46,086 nucleotides of DNA from the NCBI GenBank assembly GCA_001785735.1, contig MFUP01000008.1, positions 1 through 46,086 of the forward strand, given 5' to 3'. The stretch is from Candidatus Nomurabacteria bacterium RIFCSPLOWO2_01_FULL_33_24. GTDB taxonomy: Bacteria; Patescibacteriota; Minisyncoccia; Phycocordibacterales; MFUP01. Shown here piece after piece: positions 1 to 8,016 of this stretch. The notes below the pieces were generated by a model. The model saw only the letters and a program-made list of their open reading frames with translations. It was not told where the DNA came from and made no database searches. The translations under genes and the position numbers were made by a program. Every line of letters begins with the position of its first letter. Positions within the stretch are counted from its first letter, which is position 1.

Positions 1-510
1 GGAGGATTGCTCCAAATCTCTTCTGTGCACGAACATGAGCAAATAGCGGATGGTCAGCCGTAAGGCACATGACTCTCGCATACTGGGGTTTCAATTCGTA
101 CACATTGTTTCTTGTCGAAGAAGCAAATTAACAATGTAAGTTTTAAATATATGACAACAGCTCAAAAACAAAGTTGTATGTTTGTCGGTATCGATGTCCA
201 CAAGGACACTCATACAGCAGTCGGAATCTCTCCCTATGGAGAGAAATTGTTTGAAATCACGGTCGGTAATTACAAAGAAGATTTTGAAGCGCTCGACAAG
301 AAGGTGAAGGAACATTCTGGAGTTTTTTCACCATTCTTTGGGCTGGAAGATGTGCGAGGGTACGGAGAAAGACTGTCAGGATATTTGTACGATAAATATC
401 CTGTATATCATGTGCCGAGCATTTTGGTGGACAGACAGAGACAAAATGCAACACATCCAGAGAAAAATGATTCCCTGGATGCGCTAGGAGTCGCTAAAGT
501 CATGATACAA
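1..510 (+). mobile_element. IS110-family element remnant (non-coding left end plus 5' part of transposase)
   Basis: A 150-nt non-coding leader with hairpins precedes an ORF with IS110 DEDD RuvC-like motifs (FVGIDVHKDTH, GLED, KNDSLDA). The element is cut at ~510 and its left boundary probably lies outside the window. Confidence 0.8.
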
Positions 511-531
511 AATATGTTCCACCCTCACTAG
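151..531 (+). pseudogene. IS110 transposase/recombinase, N-terminal RuvC-like domain only
   Basis: ATG at 151. All four acidic motif positions are present, but the ORF stops after ~126 aa, without the coiled coil or the C-terminal serine Tnp domain. Confidence 0.8.
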
Positions 532-787
532 CCGACTCGTAAGTTATCCAAGTTAGTGCGGCACCAATAATTAACGTGATAACACCTACCGCTATATCAC
601 CATTACCAGAACTACTACTAGAGTTATCGTGGTCTGAAAAATCAAAGCTAGTTTTTCTATTGTGAGTTTCGTTTAGCGCACTATATTGGATACGGTCATC
701 TGGTATTTTTTCTGCTGTTGTGGCACCGCAATAACCACAAAATTTTTCATCATTATTTATTTGTTTTTTGCAGTTTCCGCAGATCAT
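500..787 (-). CDS. zinc-ribbon membrane protein, probably 3'-truncated
   Basis: N-terminal CxxC-x10-CxxC and one TM helix. It ends abruptly at GGTYFVS, where it meets the IS110 remnant. Confidence 0.7.
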   Translation of the reverse strand: MICGNCKKQINNDEKFCGYCGATTAEKIPDDRIQYSALNETHNRKTSFDFSDHDNSSSSSGNGDIAVGVITLIIGAALTWITYESASEGGTYFVS

Positions 788-792
788 ATTAT

Positions 793-1176
793 TTAAAAAA
801 ATTTCTTAAACTCCTTTTTCCATTGTGGCTTCTTTGCGAGCGCAATGTAAAGAAAAGTTATTTTGATTAACCTTACAACAACCACCCAAATAATTAGTGT
901 GAGAAGTGAATACCAAAATGCTTCTCCCGCTGTATCGGTGTACGAGCGAGTGTAATAATCGTAATTTGAGCTATTTTCGCTCCACACAAGAGGAACTACG
1001 AGCAAGAGAGGTAAATACAAAAATACATATGCTACTTTTGCTAACCGGTACCACCATTTTTCATCTGAAAGTGCAGTAGTTTTTTCCTCTTTTGCTCCGA
1101 GCGTGTTTGAATGGCCACACTTTGTGCAGAATTTGTGCCCATCTTTTAATTTATTTCCGCAATTTTCGCAAAACAT
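793..1176 (-). CDS. zinc-ribbon domain membrane protein (2 TM)
   Basis: MFCENCG...KFCTKCG followed by two hydrophobic helices. Confidence 0.85.
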   Translation of the reverse strand: MFCENCGNKLKDGHKFCTKCGHSNTLGAKEEKTTALSDEKWWYRLAKVAYVFLYLPLLLVVPLVWSENSSNYDYYTRSYTDTAGEAFWYSLLTLIIWVVVVRLIKITFLYIALAKKPQWKKEFKKFF

Positions 1177-1178
1177 AA

Positions 1179-2069
1179 TTAGTAGGAATATAAGTAATCA
1201 TAAACTTCTTGTTCTACCTCAACCCCTCCGTCTATTGCTCGTTGAAAATAAAATCTTGCGTTGGCTTCGTCTTCTTTAATCGCATATGACCAACCAAGCC
1301 AATAAGCAATATAAGGGTCGCTACCTTGTGAGGAGAGCAAAGAAATTGTCCGATCATAGTTCTCGTTAAAGAAATGAGCTATCGCTAGATTCTGCGTCGC
1401 AATATTTTTTACATCAGAAGTACTAACATCAAACGCTTTTTGAGCATGAGTCAGTGCTTTTGGATAATTGACATAGTTGGGGGCGATGCTCTCTAAATCG
1501 AGATAGAATAAATTTAAAGCGTTGTTGATTTGAAAGTCGCTAGGACTTAATTCATACGCTTTGTTATAGCTTATTTGAGCGGCATTTGGTTTTCCTTCCA
1601 GCAAAGCAATTTCTCCAGAAACTAGGTAGTGGTCAAATGATCCTGCACTTGCATAAGTAAGAGCTTCCTTAAAGGATTGCAACGCTTGGGCATATTGTCC
1701 CTCACTGAAATAAACATAGCCAAGATTTTTTAGGGTATTTAATTTTGTGTCGGAACCAGTGGCTTCTTGGGAGGCCTGTTGAAATTGTCTAATTGCTTGC
1801 TCACTATCTCCAGAATCAAAATTGGATATTGCCTGATTGTTCTTCTCTATAGCTCCGTCGTCCATAGAGCCCCAGATACCCAACCCAACAATAGCGAGAA
1901 TTACGATTATTCCTATAATCTTTCCGACTGGCGACCCTTTTGGTTTGGGGGGAGAAGATTGAGAAAATATCGGCTCACCTTTTTCGGCAGATGTTGAAAA
2001 AGGTGCGCCACAGCTAGTGCAAAACTTCTGATCTCCCTCCGATTTTTCCCCGCATTTTTTACAAAACAT
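1179..2069 (-). CDS. zinc-ribbon + TM + TPR repeat protein
   Basis: MFCKKCG...KFCTSCG, a single TM, then TPR-like repeats (NLGYVYFSEGQYAQALQSFKEAL). Confidence 0.85.
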   Translation of the reverse strand: MFCKKCGEKSEGDQKFCTSCGAPFSTSAEKGEPIFSQSSPPKPKGSPVGKIIGIIVILAIVGLGIWGSMDDGAIEKNNQAISNFDSGDSEQAIRQFQQASQEATGSDTKLNTLKNLGYVYFSEGQYAQALQSFKEALTYASAGSFDHYLVSGEIALLEGKPNAAQISYNKAYELSPSDFQINNALNLFYLDLESIAPNYVNYPKALTHAQKAFDVSTSDVKNIATQNLAIAHFFNENYDRTISLLSSQGSDPYIAYWLGWSYAIKEDEANARFYFQRAIDGGVEVEQEVYDYLYSY

Positions 2070-2625
2070 AAGTATCTATAAATGTCTTAAAATTAGTAAA
2101 TTCCTTTTTGCTCTTCTTAAGTCTGATCGCTTTTTCTCCATCACCTACGACAATGTATTTATCCTTCTCAAAGGATAAATGATTTTTTAGCTTATCCTTG
2201 GAGATTTCAACAAATATATATTCTCTGTAATTTTCAGATGTGAGGTTATTTTCTAAAAGCCAAGCGTTGCGAGCATTTTGACGCTTTTTCCGATCGCTTG
2301 AATTTCCAATAGCAGCTCCTATCGCCGCACCTATGATATTGAAAAGTACCAAGCCAATAATCAAACCCCATGTACCGCCACTTGTTTTTGGAAATTGGAG
2401 TATATAAAACTTATCTTTAGTTACTAAAATGTCGTGATACGGAAGTGAAGCAATCGCAAAATGTTTTGCTCTTATCCAATCTTGACCATAATATAAAATC
2501 TCTCCAGCAGAATTTTTTGGTTGCGATTTAACAGACGCTCCTTTTTCGTCTTTTGCGCTTGCTCCACAGTTTTGGCAGAAAACTGCGCCTTCTTCAATTT
2601 TTGTACCACAATTTGAACAATGCAT
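2059..2625 (-). CDS. zinc-ribbon membrane protein with glycine-zipper-like helix
   Basis: MHCSNCG...FCQNCG and the segment GLIIGLVLFNIIGAAIGAAIG. Confidence 0.85.
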   Translation of the reverse strand: MHCSNCGTKIEEGAVFCQNCGASAKDEKGASVKSQPKNSAGEILYYGQDWIRAKHFAIASLPYHDILVTKDKFYILQFPKTSGGTWGLIIGLVLFNIIGAAIGAAIGNSSDRKKRQNARNAWLLENNLTSENYREYIFVEISKDKLKNHLSFEKDKYIVVGDGEKAIRLKKSKKEFTNFKTFIDTYVL

Positions 2626-2629
2626 ATTT

Positions 2630-2836
2630 TTAATTGATTAACTCATCAACGGAAACGCCGAACGCCTTGGCGACCTTTCGCAAGGTTTCAAGTGTTGGAT
2701 TCTTGTTTTCCCCTGATTCCATTTTAATAATCGTATTGTTGGCGACATCGGCCAATCTCGCCAATTTCTCTTGCGAAAGACCTTTTTGCTTTCGCAACTT
2801 TTCCACATTTTTTGCTAAATTTTCGTTCTTTGACAT
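2630..2836 (-). CDS. XRE-family HTH transcriptional regulator (68 aa)
   Basis: LRKQKGLSQEKLARLADV...ESGENKNPTLETLRKVAKAFGVSVDEL. The ATG at 2836 is preferred over the longer track start. Confidence 0.9.
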   Translation of the reverse strand: MSKNENLAKNVEKLRKQKGLSQEKLARLADVANNTIIKMESGENKNPTLETLRKVAKAFGVSVDELIN

Positions 2837-2851
2837 ATTATTAGTATAGTA

Positions 2852-2923
2852 GTAACATTGAAATGGAAGTATATAAATCTTTTCAACTATTTCAATGTTA
2901 CATCTAAAAGGACAAAAAGTCAA
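2852..2923 (-). promoter_or_regulatory. sigma70-type promoter of the XRE operon with overlapping inverted-repeat operator
   Basis: TTGACT(2923-2918)-17-TAACAT(2900-2895). Perfect 13-bp IR GTAACATTGAAAT 2852-2864 / ATTTCAATGTTAC 2889-2901. Confidence 0.6.
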
Positions 2924-2929
2924 AATTGT

Positions 2930-3285
2930 ATGCCCGCCCGCCGAAAAAAATCGGGCGAAGCCCGAAAAGCAAAAGGGCAAAAAGGAAGGGGGTTGGGGGG
3001 AAGGAATTTTTGCCCTTTTACGAATTAGAATAGAGCGTTTCCGCTTTTCTCTGATTAAGAGAAAACCAAAACAGAAAATTTTTCATTTCCTATTAAAAGA
3101 AAAAAATGGGGGGCAGAAAAAAATAAAAAATGTAATGAAAAAATTTCTGTTTTGGTTTGCCGTAGCGGAGCGGAGGCAAGCGGAAACGCACCTCATTATT
3201 CTGGATTCTGTTCAAAAAAGGTTAGAATTTCAACCAAAAGGCACCGCAGGTGCGTAAAACTTCCGAAACTTCTGAAATTCTAAAT
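2930..3285. other. highly structured non-coding element (nested inverted repeats), candidate ncRNA or cis DNA site
   Basis: Stems at 2951-2965, 2971-2983/3007-3019, 3035-3046/3178-3189, 3063-3087/3134-3158, 3222-3232/3273-3283 and 3241-3253. Confidence 0.6.
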
Positions 3286-3288
3286 TTG

Positions 3289-3373
3289 CGGAGGGTATGG
3301 GATTTGAACCCATGAGGGGTTGCCCCCTACTCGCTTTCCAAGCGAGCGCACTAGACCACTATGCGAACCCTCC
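3289..3373 (-). tRNA. tRNA-Ser(GGA), CCA not encoded
   Basis: GGAGGGT/ACCCTCC acceptor stem, anticodon arm CTCGC-TTGGAAA-GCGAG, long variable arm and GGTTCAAATCC T-arm. Confidence 0.97.
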
Positions 3374-3414
3374 AATAGATTAAAAATAACCTATTTTCTC
3401 CATATTTCCAAATG

Positions 3415-3442
3415 AAAAAGCTCCCGAACGGAAGCTTTTTTG
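3415..3442. terminator. intrinsic terminator hairpin
   Basis: AAAAGCTCCC-GAAC-GGAAGCTTTT with A/T tails, downstream of the small ORF at 3456-3602. Confidence 0.6.
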
Positions 3443-3455
3443 TTTTTTTATCTTC

Positions 3456-3602
3456 TTATCTTACATTTTTGAATCCCAATAAAGAATAATTTTTATTTCC
3501 TTGCCCCTTTGTGCTTTTTCCATGGCAAGTGTGTCTGGAACAAGATGAAGCTAATATTGAAATAAAAATTATGATTAAGAAAAAAACATTTTTTATCTTC
3601 AT
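3456..3602 (-). CDS. small (48 aa) predicted lipoprotein, absent from ORF track
   Basis: MKIKNVFFLIIIFISILASSCSRHTCHGK...NVR. It has its own promoter TTGACT(3675-3670)-17-TGnTATCAT and its own terminator. Confidence 0.65.
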   Translation of the reverse strand: MKIKNVFFLIIIFISILASSCSRHTCHGKSTKGQGNKNYSLLGFKNVR

Positions 3603-3763
3603 GTATAATAATTTTTATTTTATTTTAATTAAAAAACCTCTCTTGTATGATACCACAGTACATATTAAAAGTCAAGAGTTAGAAAATAGTGAAAATAAAA
3701 GGGAAAATTGGTATAATAAAAACTATTATCTTTTAATTTATTGAATCCTCCAGAAAAACAAAA

Positions 3764-4852
3764 ATGCGTTTTATCCCAACTAATATCATCTTGTATTTTT
3801 TTCTAGTAATTCTCGGAATGAGCGGAGTTGTTTTTGCCGTTATTTGGCCTCAAGCAATAGGTTTCTATATCTTTATTGCCTTTGCTGCCGTTGGAGGGCT
3901 TGGGGTTGCCGTTAATATTTATTACACCAAAAGAAGAAACAAACAACTTATTTGTCCTATTGGTTCTGATTGTAATGCTGTTATTAATAGTCAATACGCT
4001 AAGTTTCTAGGAATACCTCTAGAATATTGCGGAATGTTTTATTATGCGATTATTCTTATTTCTTATCTCTTTCTAATTTTTATTCCCCACATATTTTCTA
4101 ATAATTTATCGTCCGCTTTAATAATACTGACGGCTGGGGCTTTTCTTTTTTCTCTCTACCTCTTGTTTGTCCAAGCTTTTATTTTAAAGAAATGGTGTAT
4201 TTGGTGTCTTCTTTCTGCCATGCTTTCTATTGGAATTTTTATAGTTTCTTTGGCTAAGGTAGATTTTGCTGTGACTTTTTTTATGAAAGTGGAAACCATT
4301 ATTGAAATAATTCATACTCTTGGTTTTGTTATTGGAATGGGGGGGGCAACCATAACCCTCTTTCTTTTCTTTAAGTTTTTGCGTGATTTTAAGATTGATG
4401 AAACTGAATTAAAAATACTCCAAGGAATTTCAGAATTTGTCTGGCTCGGGTTGGTTCTTGTTTTAGTAAGCCAATTTATTTCTTATGTTGTTTATCCAAA
4501 TCTTTTAGCTTCGTCTGGTTTATTTTTAATTGAAACGCTAGCTCTTTTGGTGGTCGCTGTTACGGGAGCTATTTTACTAATAATTTTTGCTCCCTTGCTT
4601 TCCATCATTCCCTTTAGTAGTAGAGAGGATAAAAATAATAATCTTTCACCGCTTGAAACATTAAAAAAACCATTATTTGTTCTAGGAGCTATTACTGTCT
4701 CTTCTTGGTATTTTGCCTTTATTATGAATTATTTATCAGAATATAGTTTTTCAAATTTATTTCTAGTGTATCTAGTAGTTTTGATGATAGCCAGTTTTTT
4801 GTCTTTGCTCATAGAAAAAAATATTAACAAGAAGAATTTTGATATTTCCTAA
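3764..4852 (+). CDS. VKOR-family disulfide-bond protein fused to extra membrane domain
   Basis: CPIGSDC...SQYAKFLGIP...WCIWC, followed by about five additional TM helices. Confidence 0.85.
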   Translation: MRFIPTNIILYFFLVILGMSGVVFAVIWPQAIGFYIFIAFAAVGGLGVAVNIYYTKRRNKQLICPIGSDCNAVINSQYAKFLGIPLEYCGMFYYAIILISYLFLIFIPHIFSNNLSSALIILTAGAFLFSLYLLFVQAFILKKWCIWCLLSAMLSIGIFIVSLAKVDFAVTFFMKVETIIEIIHTLGFVIGMGGATITLFLFFKFLRDFKIDETELKILQGISEFVWLGLVLVLVSQFISYVVYPNLLASSGLFLIETLALLVVAVTGAILLIIFAPLLSIIPFSSREDKNNNLSPLETLKKPLFVLGAITVSSWYFAFIMNYLSEYSFSNLFLVYLVVLMIASFLSLLIEKNINKKNFDIS

Positions 4853-4952
4853 TAAATAAAAACACCGATCAAGATTTAAGGTTTTTTATTTGAGAATTAA
4901 TGCAAAGTATGTTAAAATAAAAGAAACATTGTTTATTTAAATATCAAAGCCA

Positions 4953-5465
4953 ATGAAAATTAAATATTTTTTAATTTTATTTTTACTAACTTCTGCTTGT
5001 ACTAAAAAAAGAAATGTTATAGATTGTATCCCAGGATGGGAAAAATGTTCTTATAAAAGTCAGTTTGAAGCTAGTAAAAAATTTAAATTTTACCACCTTA
5101 ACAAAGATCAAAAAGAAATTATTCAAGGATTAGGCATTCTCCCCTGCAGAACTAGTTATAAAATTTTTGTTTTCGAAGAAACAAAAAATAATTGGAGTGA
5201 AATAAAATTACCTCCAGAAATATTAGAATGCAAAATTATAATTAACAATATTAGTATTTTTGGATTCAAAATTATTTTTTCTTGTCTGGGTAAAAATTAT
5301 TATTATCACTATTGTTATAAGACAGGGAAATGGCAAAAAGAGAAAGAAGTTATAAAAAAACAAAAGATTAAAAAGGAAAGAAATATTCCGCAAAATTACC
5401 AGTATTATATAAAAAATAAACCCCGATTAACGGGGTTTTATTTATATAGTTTAGTAATTATCTAA
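4953..5465 (+). CDS. hypothetical Cys-containing lipoprotein
   Basis: Signal MKIKYFLILFLLTSAC; promoter TTGAGA-17-TAAAAT upstream. Confidence 0.6.
   Translation: MKIKYFLILFLLTSACTKKRNVIDCIPGWEKCSYKSQFEASKKFKFYHLNKDQKEIIQGLGILPCRTSYKIFVFEETKNNWSEIKLPPEILECKIIINNISIFGFKIIFSCLGKNYYYHYCYKTGKWQKEKEVIKKQKIKKERNIPQNYQYYIKNKPRLTGFYLYSLVII
5413..5444. terminator. bidirectional terminator between convergent genes
   Basis: AAACCCCG-ATTAA-CGGGGTTT with A/T tails. Confidence 0.65.
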
Positions 5466-5730
5466 TTTTACCATTATTTTTATAAGCTATTTTACGGACA
5501 AAGTTGTTCCCATCTCCATATTTTTCTGTAAATTTTTCTAACTCTTCTTGATTAATCCCCAGTTCTTCTAAAGGAATATTTTCTTTTTTGATAAAATCCT
5601 TGAGACTTGTTAATATTTGTAAATTGTTTCTGCTTCCGTTTTTCCTCAATTTGCCAATATTTCTTTTAGCTGTTCCCATTCTTTGATTCAATGCTTTTCT
5701 TTGTTTTAATTTCTTTTTTTCTTGACCCAT
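5458..5730 (-). CDS. hypothetical basic protein
   Basis: 90-aa ORF with an upstream TTGACT...TATGAT promoter-like sequence. Confidence 0.6.
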   Translation of the reverse strand: MGQEKKKLKQRKALNQRMGTAKRNIGKLRKNGSRNNLQILTSLKDFIKKENIPLEELGINQEELEKFTEKYGDGNNFVRKIAYKNNGKIR

Positions 5731-5822
5731 ATATATTTTTTAAGTTCTAAAATATTTTCATTATTATCATAGTCTATTTACATTTTAAAGTCAATCAGGC
5801 TATTTTAGGTTATAATAAAATA

Positions 5823-7322
5823 ATGACTATTTCTAAATCGGAATATATCATGTTTCTTAAACACCCGGCTTGGCTATGGTTAAAGAAACATGACAAAGAA
5901 AAAATTCCCGAACCCAACGCTATTCTTCAAGCATTATTTGATGACGGGAAACTTTTTGAAGAATATGCTGAAAAATTGTTTCCCCACGGGGTGAAATTAG
6001 GATTTACTGGTTATGGGGATTATCTTAGTCTTCCCAAGAGAACACAAGAGTTATTGGATAAAGGCGAAAAAACAATATTCCAAGGAAGATTTGAAGCCAA
6101 TGACATAACTTGTATTGTCGATGTGCTTGACAGGGTAAAAGATAATACTTTTGATCTCTATGAAATTAAATCAAGCACTAAAGCTAAAATAGATCACGAA
6201 CATGATCTTGCTTTTCAAGTTATTGTTCTTGAAAAAAGAGGATTGAAAATAAGAAATATTTCGGTTATTCATGTAAATAATGAGTACCAAAGAGACGGGA
6301 AGATTGATGTCAAACAACTCACTACCATCACAAATCTAAATGAAGAAGTGAGAGAAAAAATAGAAATTACTAAGGAAAAAATAAAAATGGCTCACGAAAT
6401 AGTAGCTCAAAAAGAAATGCCTGATCCCTCTCCGCGTTATGTTGGATTAGGAGCTTTAAAAGATTGGATGGAAATATATGAAATAATCAAAGGTAAACCA
6501 GAGAAATATAGCATTTATAATTTATGTTCCCCGGGAGTTAAGCGTCTTGGAGAATTAGAAGATTTGGGAGTCAAACTAATATCTGATATTCCAGATGATT
6601 TTAATCTTACTATTAAACAGCAAAGACAAACAATGGTCACCAAGAACGGATCCCGTCATCTTGAAAAAGAAAGTATTAAATCTTTTCTTAATGAGTTAAA
6701 ATACCCTCTTTATTTTTTGGATTACGAAACTTTTTCAGGAGTGATACCAGCCTTTGATGGGATCAGACCATATCAACAAATACCATTTCAATACTCTCTC
6801 CATATTTTAAGAAGCCCCGAAGCAGAATTAGAACATAAAGAATATTTACATACTGAAAATACTAATCCAATCAAACCACTAGTAGAACAATTAAAAAAAG
6901 ATATTGGAACAAAGGGGTCAATTTTGGTTTGGTATCAAGTTTTTGAAAAAGGACGAAACAAAGAAATGGGAGAGATGTTTCCAGTATATAAAGATTTTCT
7001 TACAGAGATAAATGAGAGAATTGTTGATTTAATGATTCCTTTTGCCGATGGTTGGTTTTGTGATAAGGAATTTTTTGGGAGCGCTTCCATTAAAAAAGTG
7101 CTTCCTGTAATTATTCCTAATTTATCTTATCAAGAGCTTGATATTCAAGAAGGAAATACGGCTCAACGAAAATGGATGGAGACAATAATTGATGGGAAAA
7201 ATAGTGATCTAAAAGAAAAAATTATGAATAATCTTATTGAATATTGTAAATTGGACACTTTAGCCATGTCAGAAATTTTTAAATATCTTCACAACTTGAT
7301 TGAGGAGGGAGGTATGATATAA
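5823..7322 (+). CDS. DUF2779-domain protein (RecB/Cas4-like nuclease N-term + RNase H-like C-term)
   Basis: ISKSEY...WLWL, DVL...YEIKSST, HDLAFQ, YFLDYET, PYQQIPFQYSLH, SIKKVLP and YCKLDT motifs. Confidence 0.85.
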   Translation: MTISKSEYIMFLKHPAWLWLKKHDKEKIPEPNAILQALFDDGKLFEEYAEKLFPHGVKLGFTGYGDYLSLPKRTQELLDKGEKTIFQGRFEANDITCIVDVLDRVKDNTFDLYEIKSSTKAKIDHEHDLAFQVIVLEKRGLKIRNISVIHVNNEYQRDGKIDVKQLTTITNLNEEVREKIEITKEKIKMAHEIVAQKEMPDPSPRYVGLGALKDWMEIYEIIKGKPEKYSIYNLCSPGVKRLGELEDLGVKLISDIPDDFNLTIKQQRQTMVTKNGSRHLEKESIKSFLNELKYPLYFLDYETFSGVIPAFDGIRPYQQIPFQYSLHILRSPEAELEHKEYLHTENTNPIKPLVEQLKKDIGTKGSILVWYQVFEKGRNKEMGEMFPVYKDFLTEINERIVDLMIPFADGWFCDKEFFGSASIKKVLPVIIPNLSYQELDIQEGNTAQRKWMETIIDGKNSDLKEKIMNNLIEYCKLDTLAMSEIFKYLHNLIEEGGMI

Positions 7323-7340
7323 TTTCTTTATAAATAAACA

Positions 7341-7985
7341 ATGAGCGAAATGCAATCAGTAATTCAATCCCTTGGTGCCCTCCCCTATGGTGGCATTTTT
7401 GTTTTATTTACGGTGATCAATGCGCTAATTCCTTTTCCGGAAGAGTTATTGATTATTGGGCTTGGTTACTTAGGTCAAATGGGGGCAATTAATATTTTTA
7501 TTGCTACTCCCTTGGCAATTCTTGGTTTAATTATTAGTGATGTTATTATTTTTTCTTTGATTAAAAGTGGAAATAAATATATTATTCGTCTTTCTAATAA
7601 GTTATTTGGAAACTTTGATGAAAACCAAGAATTTGTTGATAAACATATCAGAAAAATTATATTCTTCTCCCGTTTTGTTTTCGGTTTTCGTTTTATTGGG
7701 TTATTTACTGCTGGTTTTAAAAAAGTTTCTTTTAGAACATTTATTTTTTATGATCTCTCGGCCATTATTATTCTAGTTCTCTCTTTGGTATTTATTGGTG
7801 TTTATTTTCAATCTCGGTTTGAAAAGATTTTTGCTGGAATTGAAACCATAAGACACATTGGTTTTTTGGCAATCACCACTATTTTGATATTATTTTTGGG
7901 TCGAATAATTAGGCGGAAGATTTTAAAGTTTATGATAATAACAAAAAATAATAATAAAAATAATAAAATTGATGAAAATAAATAA
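7341..7985 (+). CDS. dedA: DedA family membrane protein
   Basis: PFPEE, IFFSRFVFGFR and AG..K motifs. Confidence 0.85.
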   Translation: MSEMQSVIQSLGALPYGGIFVLFTVINALIPFPEELLIIGLGYLGQMGAINIFIATPLAILGLIISDVIIFSLIKSGNKYIIRLSNKLFGNFDENQEFVDKHIRKIIFFSRFVFGFRFIGLFTAGFKKVSFRTFIFYDLSAIIILVLSLVFIGVYFQSRFEKIFAGIETIRHIGFLAITTILILFLGRIIRRKILKFMIITKNNNKNNKIDENK

Positions 7986-8010
7986 AAACCCCGCTGAGCG
8001 GGGTTTAAAA
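7984..8010. terminator. bidirectional terminator
   Basis: AAACCCCGC-TGA-GCGGGGTTT between convergent genes. Confidence 0.75.
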
Positions 8011-8016
8011 TTAGTT

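Noticed and set aside
2895-3257. 120-aa ORF from the track
   Set aside because: Its composition mirrors nested inverted repeats and homopolymer runs and it has no domain features, so it is better explained as a structured non-coding element.
3511-3744. 77-aa plus-strand ORF
   Set aside because: It overlaps the better-supported minus-strand lipoprotein ORF and two promoters, and has a GTG start with no support.
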